Below are positions 44,546-51,330 of a DNA stretch of 51,330 nucleotides, piece after piece. The stretch lies in assembly GCA_945878455.1 (NCBI GenBank), contig CAMCUA010000001.1, positions 1-51,330 on the forward strand, read 5' to 3'. The first letter of the stretch is position 1; each line of letters starts with the position of its first letter. This DNA is from Asaia bogorensis (GTDB lineage: Bacteria; Pseudomonadota; Alphaproteobacteria; Rhodospirillales; CAMCUA01). The position numbers were made by a program, and so were the translations under genes. The notes beneath the pieces are model-generated. The model did not search any database and was not told the origin of the DNA. It saw nothing but the letters and a program-made list of their open reading frames with translations.

Positions 44546-45646
44546 TCAGTACCGGGTCTTAAAGCGTGTCCAGGCCCGCGTCCGGTTACGCAGATAGTCC
44601 TGCGGCGCCACCGGCGGCACGAACAGCTTGGCGCGCACGGCCTCCGGCGGATAGATGGCGGGATCGCTCTGGATTTCCGGCTTGACGAATTTCTCCGCCC
44701 CCTTGACCGCGTTGGCATAGCCGACGGCGTTGGTGATCGGACCGATGACATCGGGGCGCAGCAAAAAGTCGACGAACTTGTGGGCATTGTCCGGATGCGG
44801 CGCGTCGGCGGGGATGGCCATGACGTCGGTCACCATGTTGGCGCCTTCCTTGGGCACGACGATCTGGATGTCGACCCCCTTCTTTGCTTCTTTTGCCCGT
44901 TCCCGGGCCTGCACCAGATCGCCGCCGTAGCCATGCGCCACGCACAGATCGCCATTGGCCAGATCGTTGATGTAGGACGACGAATGAATGTATTTCAGAT
45001 GCGGCCGGATCTTCGCCAGGACGGCTGCCGCCGCATCGAGCTGCTTCGCATCGAGACTGGTCGGCACCTCGCCCGTAAAAGCGAAGACGGCGGGAAAGAC
45101 CTCGTCGGCGGCATCGAGCAGCGATATGCCGCAGGCCTGCAGTTTCACAGTCACTTTGGGATCGAACAGCAAAGCCCAAGAATCGGTCGGGGCGGTGGGC
45201 AGGATCGATTTGATCTTGGCGACGTTGAAACCGATACCGGTCGGCGCCGTCATATAAGGCAGGGCGTAGAGGTTGCCTGGGTCCGAGCTTTCCAGCGCCT
45301 TCAAGGCTTCCGCCGTCACGTTGGCGGCATTCGGCAGCTTCGCGCGGTCGAGCTTGCGGTAAACGTTGGCCTTGATGTGATTGGCCAGGAAGGGCGAGGC
45401 CGAAGGGAACACGACATCGTAGCCCGACTTGCCGGCCAGCAGCTTGGCTTCGAGGATTTCATTGCCGTCGTAAACGTCGTAATTGACCTTGATACCGGTT
45501 TCCTTAGTGAACCGTTCCAATGTGTCCGGAGCGATATAATCGGACCAATTGTAGACGTTAAGGACTTTTTCTTCCTGTGCCCAAGCAGCCCCGGTGGCGA
45601 GAACCAGCAGGGCAGTGGCAACCAGACTGTTCAGAAAAACGCGCAT
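44546..45646 (-). CDS. potF: Periplasmic putrescine-binding protein
   Basis: A signal peptide followed by 'VLNVYNWSDYIAPDTLERFTKETGIKVNYDVYDGNEILEAKLLAGKSGYDVVFPSA'. This is near-collinear with E. coli PotF (recalled). Confidence 0.9.
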   Translation of the reverse strand: MRVFLNSLVATALLVLATGAAWAQEEKVLNVYNWSDYIAPDTLERFTKETGIKVNYDVYDGNEILEAKLLAGKSGYDVVFPSASPFLANHIKANVYRKLDRAKLPNAANVTAEALKALESSDPGNLYALPYMTAPTGIGFNVAKIKSILPTAPTDSWALLFDPKVTVKLQACGISLLDAADEVFPAVFAFTGEVPTSLDAKQLDAAAAVLAKIRPHLKYIHSSSYINDLANGDLCVAHGYGGDLVQARERAKEAKKGVDIQIVVPKEGANMVTDVMAIPADAPHPDNAHKFVDFLLRPDVIGPITNAVGYANAVKGAEKFVKPEIQSDPAIYPPEAVRAKLFVPPVAPQDYLRNRTRAWTRFKTRY

Positions 45647-45824
45647 CGGACCTCCCGATTCGGCAAGGAAAACCGCGCTCAGTATGAGTCCTCCCCCCGG
45701 AGGCGCCCCATGGGCCGCGTGATGGAATCATTGGCAGGGCGTTTCGCCCTGTCAACGCTCAATCGCGGTCATCGGATATGATCCTAGCAGGCGGCACTTC
45801 ACGCCGTGGCCCACTATCCCTATA

Positions 45825-46715
45825 TTGTCCGACATGCTGCGCGCATTGATCGCCATCGCCTTGCTGCTTGCCGTTCCCGCCGACCGCGCCGCGGCGGCGG
45901 ACAAGGGTACCTACCTGCGCTACGAAGTCTATTGGGGCGGCTTGCGGGCCGCCAACTTCGTTCTGGCGCTCGACCGCACGCCGGAATCCTATCGCCACGA
46001 ATTTGTTCTGCGCTCTTCGGGCTTCACCGAATGGGTGTTCAAGCTCGACATCAACGCCAGCAGCCGTGGCCGCTTTCACGCGCCAAGCCAACCGCAACCG
46101 GCCGCCTATCGTACCGATTTCATCAATCGCTGGCGCAAGGGTTGGATCGATGTTCGCTACGAACTCGGTCAGGGCACGGGACCGCGCACCGCCCATGTCA
46201 CCGATTGGGCCGACCCGCCCCGGCGCTACGACGACGACGACGAGCGACCCGAACCGGTTGGGGAAGATGCCAAGATCGAAGGGCTGGATCCGCTGGCGGC
46301 CTTCGCCGAGGCGCTACGCCAAACCGGCACCGCCATGAGCAGCGGCATGGGCGCGTTCCGGGTGCCTATTTTCGATGGCCGCCGCCGTTACGACGTGACG
46401 GGAACGCCGTTAGGAGCCGTTGACATGAGCGTTCTTGGCGAAAAGCGTCAGGTTCAACATTTGCGTCTGAATGTCGTGCCGGTCGCCGGCTTTACCGGCC
46501 GCCAGCGGACGACCTGGAGCGAACGGGTTTTCGAGGTCTTCGTCCGTCCAAGCCAAAGGCCGGATGGCGAACCCACCCCGGTGCGTATCGAGGCCGACGG
46601 CCTCGGCCCGATCATCAACCTGATTGCCGAATGCCCCGACCGCGCCGCGTGCTCCCTGGCGCCACGCGCCACCGAAGACCGGCGCCCTTCTGACCAACGC
46701 TCCCCCGCCGGCTGA
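45825..46715 (+). CDS. DUF3108-like secreted protein
   Basis: Signal peptide 'LRALIAIALLLAVPADRAAAA', then 'LRYEVYWGGLRAANFVL', which is the DUF3108 N-terminal pattern (recalled). Confidence 0.55.
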   Translation: MSDMLRALIAIALLLAVPADRAAAADKGTYLRYEVYWGGLRAANFVLALDRTPESYRHEFVLRSSGFTEWVFKLDINASSRGRFHAPSQPQPAAYRTDFINRWRKGWIDVRYELGQGTGPRTAHVTDWADPPRRYDDDDERPEPVGEDAKIEGLDPLAAFAEALRQTGTAMSSGMGAFRVPIFDGRRRYDVTGTPLGAVDMSVLGEKRQVQHLRLNVVPVAGFTGRQRTTWSERVFEVFVRPSQRPDGEPTPVRIEADGLGPIINLIAECPDRAACSLAPRATEDRRPSDQRSPAG

Positions 46716-46722
46716 AGCGGCT

Positions 46723-48078
46723 TCAATAAACCAACGGCACACCGGCCTTCTTGAAGGCTGCTTTCTGGCGTTTGGCCAATACCGCTTCGTCGTAGCTGCC
46801 GATCAGTTCGTGGAACAATCGGTACCAGTTGATTTCCGCCTTCAGGTGCAAAAACACCGAGCCCAAGCCGATGGCGGCGCGGTCCATCAGCACGAATTCT
46901 CGCGGCGGCTTGATGCCGCCCTTGTGGCGCAGTTCGCGGTGTATCTTGGCCGCCACCTCGGCGCCGTACATGACGCCGCCGCCTTCCTGGATTGGCGCTA
47001 TCCGGTCCTGCATCAGCGGCGCGTAGACGAAGCGGGCCCACTGGTTGAGGATACCGATCATTTCCTTATCGAGCCTGGCGAAGCCCCAGGTCTCGTAGGC
47101 CTTCACGGCGAGCTCGTCATCGTCAGTGCAGACCGCGTTGTAGAGATCGATGACGGCGGTCACGAACGATGGACGGAAGACCCGGATGCAGCCGAAATCG
47201 AGCAAGTTGATCGTATGATCCTGGCGCCTGGTGTAGTTGCCAAGATGCGGATCGCCGTGGATCGCGCCGTAGCCGTAAAACGGCCAGTACCAGGCACGGA
47301 ACAGATTGTGCGCCAGCCGGTTGCGCGCCTGTTGGCTGGCCTCGCGCGCTTCCAGCAGCGGCTGGCCATCGAGCCAGGTCATGGTCAACAGGCGATCGGT
47401 GGACAGATCAGCCCGCGGCTGGGGTACATGCACGCCGGCTTCGTCCTGTAGAATAGCGCCGTATAGGGCCATGTTGTGCGCTTCGCGCCGGTAATCCAGT
47501 TCCTCGCGCAAACGGGCGCTGAGTTCGGCGTGGACGTCGGACGGATCGATACTGGGATCGTAACGCCGGTAGACGGCGAAGATCAGCTTAAGCTGCTGCA
47601 GGTCGGCTTCCACCGCCGAGGCCATGTCGGGATACTGCAGCTTGCAGGCCAGCCTTTCGCCATCGAGCGCGGTAGCCCGATGCACCTGGCCGAGCGAAGC
47701 CGCCGCAGCCGCCTCGCGTTCGAAATCGGCGAAGCGGTCCTGCCAGTCAGGACCCAGTTCCGTTGCCATGCGCCGGCGGACGAAGGGCCATCCCATGGAC
47801 GGCGCATTGGTCTGCAACTGGGCAAGCTGCTGGCTGTATTCCGCTGGCAGGACGTCGGGGATCGTCGACAGTATCTGCGCCACTTTCATCAGCGGCCCCT
47901 TGAGACCGCCCAGCGCCGCCGTTAGATCGCCGGCGTGCTCGGCACGATCCAGCGTCCGTCCAAAGAGGCGCCCGCCGGCGTAACGGGCGGCGAGGCCGCC
48001 GACGGAGGTGCCAACACGGGCGTATCGCTTCACCCGGCCGCCGAGCGAACTCTTATTGTCGTAGGGCCGCTCGGTCAT
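46723..48078 (-). CDS. ABC1/UbiB/ADCK-family atypical kinase (soluble type)
   Basis: 'LKGPLMKVAQILSTIPDVLPAEYSQQLAQLQ', 'AAASLGQVHRA', 'GAIHGDPHLGNY', 'LLDFGCIR'. The ATG at 48078 overlaps the pepF stop (ATGA). The ORF continues to 48435 only by overlapping pepF. Confidence 0.8.
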   Translation of the reverse strand: MTERPYDNKSSLGGRVKRYARVGTSVGGLAARYAGGRLFGRTLDRAEHAGDLTAALGGLKGPLMKVAQILSTIPDVLPAEYSQQLAQLQTNAPSMGWPFVRRRMATELGPDWQDRFADFEREAAAAASLGQVHRATALDGERLACKLQYPDMASAVEADLQQLKLIFAVYRRYDPSIDPSDVHAELSARLREELDYRREAHNMALYGAILQDEAGVHVPQPRADLSTDRLLTMTWLDGQPLLEAREASQQARNRLAHNLFRAWYWPFYGYGAIHGDPHLGNYTRRQDHTINLLDFGCIRVFRPSFVTAVIDLYNAVCTDDDELAVKAYETWGFARLDKEMIGILNQWARFVYAPLMQDRIAPIQEGGGVMYGAEVAAKIHRELRHKGGIKPPREFVLMDRAAIGLGSVFLHLKAEINWYRLFHELIGSYDEAVLAKRQKAAFKKAGVPLVY

Positions 48079-49892
48079 CCCTTCGAACCGGCCTGTGGCG
48101 CTGGCAAGGTTTCCAGTTCGTCGATAAAGCGCGAGATGACGGCCAGCCCGCGCGACCAGAAGGCCGGATCGCTGGCATCCAGGCCGAACGGCGCCAACAA
48201 CTCCTTGTGCCGCAAGCTGCCGCCAGCACGCAGCATGTCCAAGTATTTCGCCTGGAACCGCGGGTGACCGTTGCGGAAGGTGTCGTATAGCGCGTTCACC
48301 AGGCAATCGCCGAAGGCATAGGCATAGACGTAGAACGGCGTATGCACGAAGTGTGGGATATAGGCCCAGTAGTGCTGATATTCCGCATCGAAGCGAAAGG
48401 CTGGACCGAGGCTTTCCTTTTGCGTCTCCATCCAAATCTCGCCGATGCGATCGGCCAGCAACTCTCCGCCGCGCCGTTCGTCGTGCAGGCGCGCCTCGAA
48501 GGTATGGAAGGCGGTCTGGCGAACCACCGTGTTCAACATATCCTCGACCTTGCCGGCAAGCAGGGCGCGCCGCCGTCGCGGATCGTCGGCACGATCCAAT
48601 ATGGCGCGGAAGGTCAGCATCTCGCCGAACACGGAAGCCGTCTCGGCCAGGGTCAGCGGGGTTGAGGCCATTAGCGTGCCTTGCGGCCCCGCCAATACCT
48701 GATGCACGCCGTGACCCAATTCGTGGGCCAGAGTCGCGACATCGCGCGACCGGCCATGGAAGTTCATCAGGATATAGGGATGGACCGATGGCACTGTCGA
48801 ATGGGAAAAAGCACCGGAATTCTTGCCGGCGCGCGGCGCCGCATCGATCCAGGAACGCGCGAAGAAGCGCCCGGCGATCTCAGCAAGATCGGGCGAGAAG
48901 GCACCGTAGGCATCGAGCACCAGCCGTTTCGCTTCGTTCCAGCTAAAACGGGTGTCGTCGGCATCCGGCAGCGGCGCGTTGCGGTCCCAGTAGTCCATCT
49001 TGTCGACGCCGAACCAGCGGGCCTTCAGCGTGTAATAACGGTGCCCGAGATTGGCGTAATTGTCGCGCGCCGCCGTCACCAGCGCATCGACCACCTCATC
49101 TTCCACCAGGTTGCAGAGATTGCGGTACGACACCGGGCGCGGATAATGCCGCCAGGTGTCGTCGATGGCCTTGTCCTTGGCCAAGGTATTGGTGATCAGT
49201 GCGAAGATGCGCGTATTGGCGCCGAGAATGCTGCCAATGGCCTTTGCCGCTTCCTTGCACCGATCCGGCTTGGGATCAGTCAAGCGGTTGAGCGCATCCG
49301 ATATCGGCACCGTTTCGCCGCCGATGGGAAAGCGCAGGTCGGCAATCGTCTCGTCGAACAGGCGTCCCCAGGCCGCCGGACCGGCCACCCATTTCTCGTG
49401 CAACATCTTCTCGACGTCGTCGGACAGCTGATGCGGCCGGAAGATGCGCAGGTCGCGCAGCCAGGGCGCGTAATGCGCCGCTGCCGGCGCCCTAAGCAAT
49501 TTTTCGATGACGGCGTCGTCCAGCCGGTTGAGTTCAAGCGTGAAAAACAGCGTCTCGGTCGAGATCGCCGTCACCCGCTCGCGCACCGACTGATGAAATT
49601 GATTGACCGCCGGATCGCTGACCTTGGCAGCGTTGAGCAACTGGGCGTAGCTCGACGCCTTGTACATAAGTTCGCAGATGGCTTCGTATTCCGCAATCGC
49701 CGCACCGAGCCCGCCGTCGGGATCGGCAAGCTTGCCCTGGTAGCGCCCGCGAAAGGCCTTGGCCCGCCCTTCCGCCATATCGAGGTCAGCCGCCAGCGCC
49801 GTCGATTCGGGACTGTCATAAAGGTCGGCAAGATTCCATTCGGGGGGCAGCGCGACCTGCGAGTCGGCTTGGGACGCGGCATCGAGATTCAC
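48075..49892 (-). CDS. pepF: Oligoendopeptidase F (M3 family)
   Basis: 605 aa with the zinc motif 'HELGHGVH'. The GTG start is 7 nt after AAGGAG. Confidence 0.9.
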   Translation of the reverse strand: MNLDAASQADSQVALPPEWNLADLYDSPESTALAADLDMAEGRAKAFRGRYQGKLADPDGGLGAAIAEYEAICELMYKASSYAQLLNAAKVSDPAVNQFHQSVRERVTAISTETLFFTLELNRLDDAVIEKLLRAPAAAHYAPWLRDLRIFRPHQLSDDVEKMLHEKWVAGPAAWGRLFDETIADLRFPIGGETVPISDALNRLTDPKPDRCKEAAKAIGSILGANTRIFALITNTLAKDKAIDDTWRHYPRPVSYRNLCNLVEDEVVDALVTAARDNYANLGHRYYTLKARWFGVDKMDYWDRNAPLPDADDTRFSWNEAKRLVLDAYGAFSPDLAEIAGRFFARSWIDAAPRAGKNSGAFSHSTVPSVHPYILMNFHGRSRDVATLAHELGHGVHQVLAGPQGTLMASTPLTLAETASVFGEMLTFRAILDRADDPRRRRALLAGKVEDMLNTVVRQTAFHTFEARLHDERRGGELLADRIGEIWMETQKESLGPAFRFDAEYQHYWAYIPHFVHTPFYVYAYAFGDCLVNALYDTFRNGHPRFQAKYLDMLRAGGSLRHKELLAPFGLDASDPAFWSRGLAVISRFIDELETLPAPQAGSKG

Positions 49893-49996
49893 GGCCTTAC
49901 TCCTTGACGAAAAAAGCCATATAAGACGTCAACGTGCGGGCGGGAGAGCCCGTTCCGATAACGATATCGACTATACGCCAAAAACCTGGAGAGGCG

Positions 49997-51330
49997 ATGG
50001 ACTACGAGAATTGTCCCAATCTGGCCGCCATGTTCTTCGATCAGGCCAAGGCACGGCCGGAAAAGCACTTCCTGTGGTCCAAGCGGGACAAACGTTACCG
50101 TTCGATGAACTGGGAGGAAGCCGCTGACGCGGTCAGCCGGCTGGCCCACGCGCTGCGAGAAAAAGGCATCCAGGCCGGCGACCGGGTGATGCTGGTTTCA
50201 GAAAATCGCCCGGAGTGGCTGATCGCCGATATCGCCATCATGGCCATCGGCGCCATCACCGTACCGGCCTATGTCACTAACACCATCGCCGATCACCGTC
50301 ATATCATCGCCGACAGCGGCGCCAAAGCGGCCATCGTGTCGACCGAGAAGTTGGCCGAGCGCCTGTTGCCTGCTGCCCACGAGGCGGCCGACATGCGTTT
50401 CGTCGTCGCCATGGAGCCGGTGGACCGCAGCCAAAGCCTGAACGTCGACATCTATCGCTGGTTCGACTTGGTCACGAGTGCGGGCCGGGGCGGCGCCGGT
50501 ATCGCCGAGGAAGCCCGCCGCTGGAAACGCGACGACATCGCCTGCCTTATCTATACCTCCGGCACTGGCGGTGCACCGAAGGGTGTCATGCTGCATCACG
50601 GTGCCATCCTGCATAACTGCCGAGGCGCCCGCGATGCGCTCGTCGACTTGGGCCTGGGCGAGGAGGTGTTCCTGTCCTTTCTGCCCCTGTCGCATGCCTA
50701 TGAGCACACGGCCGGACAATTCTTCCCAATCTCCATCGGCGCCCAGATCTATTATGCGGAAGGAGCCGACACCCTATCGGCCAATCTCACCGAGGCCAAA
50801 CCGACACTGATGACAGCGGTGCCGCGGCTTTACGAGATGATGCAGTCGCGCATGCTCCGTACCTTGGACTCGCAGAACAAGACCAAACAACGGCTATTCC
50901 ACAAGACTGTCGAGCTTGGTCGCAAACGACAAACGGCGCCGGCTGGTCTGAACCTGTGGGAACAGCTCGAGGACAAGATCCTCGATCGGCTGGTCCGCAA
51001 GAAAGTGCGCGAACGCTTCGGCGGCCGGCTAAAAGCCCTGGTGTCCGGTGGCGCGCCGCTTAACCCGGAGATCGGCTACTTCTTCACAGCGCTCGGCCTG
51101 CGCATCGTTCAAGGCTATGGACAGACGGAATCGGCGCCGTTGATCAGCGTCAATCCGCCGCTCCGGGTGAAGATGGAGACGGTCGGCCCGCCGGTCACCG
51201 GCGTCGAGGTGCGCATCGCCAAGGACGGTGAAATCCTGGCCCGTGGCGAGATGGTGATGAAGGGCTATTGGAATAATCCCAAGGCCACCTCCGAGGTTCT
51301 ACGCGACGGTTGGCTGCACACCGGCGACAT
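49997..51330 (+). CDS. Long-chain acyl-CoA synthetase (AMP-forming), 3'-truncated by the window edge
   Basis: Not in the ORF track because it has no stop. ATG at 49997 after GGAGAG. 'MDYENCPNLAAMFFDQAKARPEKHFLW', 'LIYTSGTGGAPKGVMLHHGAI', 'QGYGQTESAP', 'GWLHTGD'. Confidence 0.85.
   Translation, partial: MDYENCPNLAAMFFDQAKARPEKHFLWSKRDKRYRSMNWEEAADAVSRLAHALREKGIQAGDRVMLVSENRPEWLIADIAIMAIGAITVPAYVTNTIADHRHIIADSGAKAAIVSTEKLAERLLPAAHEAADMRFVVAMEPVDRSQSLNVDIYRWFDLVTSAGRGGAGIAEEARRWKRDDIACLIYTSGTGGAPKGVMLHHGAILHNCRGARDALVDLGLGEEVFLSFLPLSHAYEHTAGQFFPISIGAQIYYAEGADTLSANLTEAKPTLMTAVPRLYEMMQSRMLRTLDSQNKTKQRLFHKTVELGRKRQTAPAGLNLWEQLEDKILDRLVRKKVRERFGGRLKALVSGGAPLNPEIGYFFTALGLRIVQGYGQTESAPLISVNPPLRVKMETVGPPVTGVEVRIAKDGEILARGEMVMKGYWNNPKATSEVLRDGWLHTGD

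Noticed and set aside
46228-46243. (GAC)n trinucleotide run inside DUF3108 ('YDDDDE')
   Set aside because: It is short, in frame, and codes for an acidic loop. There is no sign of disruption or variability in this single sequence.
48681-49907. 408-aa ORF antisense to pepF
   Set aside because: It is a shadow ORF. The pepF frame carries the HExxH motif and an RBS.
1-51330. Scan for CRISPR arrays, rRNA/tRNA genes, IS elements, integrases, toxin-antitoxin pairs and phage or defence genes
   Set aside because: I found no spaced direct-repeat arrays and no transposase, integrase or recombinase-like translations. No small adjacent ORF pairs of TA type were seen. The only repeats are the two ~135-bp palindromic elements and the gene paralogues.

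Overview
This is a 51.3-kb high-GC chromosomal segment. Its gene content looks alphaproteobacterial, probably Rhodospirillales-like (inference): split pntAA/pntAB/pntB, cysG-DUF2849-cysI-DUF934, a COQ9-like gene near rpsU, potFGHI and a fused secDF. I call about 50 protein genes. I found no rRNA, tRNA, CRISPR, transposase, integrase or phage genes, and no recognisable transcription-factor gene. All family names come from reading the translations and recalling motifs; no database search was run.

Gene order:
- truncated Mo-oxidoreductase-like ORF, then MFS transporter (-)
- sulfite-reduction cluster (cysG, DUF2849, cysI, DUF934)
- an unusual three-domain Nfu protein bracketed by two copies of a ~135-bp nested-palindrome repeat
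- a paralogue-rich block (7.3-19.9 kb): four D-2-hydroxyacid dehydrogenase paralogues, two NlpI-like TPR genes (one broken), a VOC-like protein, two ACAD-fold flavin monooxygenase paralogues and an alpha/beta hydrolase
- prpE and an enolase-superfamily gene
- a c-di-GMP cluster: DUF465, EAL-CBS-GGDEF, DUF465, and a degenerate GGDEF with a retained I-site
- purEK, qor, DM13, COQ9-like, def, rpsU, csp, pntB/AB/AA, an orphan ORF, secDF, exoD, DUF4387 plus AtuA-like, potIHGF, DUF3108, ABC1 kinase, pepF, and a truncated acyl-CoA ligase

The best candidates for something undescribed are:
- the voc-acad2-acad1 / hydrolase cluster and the tandem dehydrogenase array next to it
- the repeat-bracketed Nfu fusion
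- the c-di-GMP cluster, which includes a weak GEMM-I-like motif in its 5' leader

None of these is proven. Most of the window is ordinary housekeeping.
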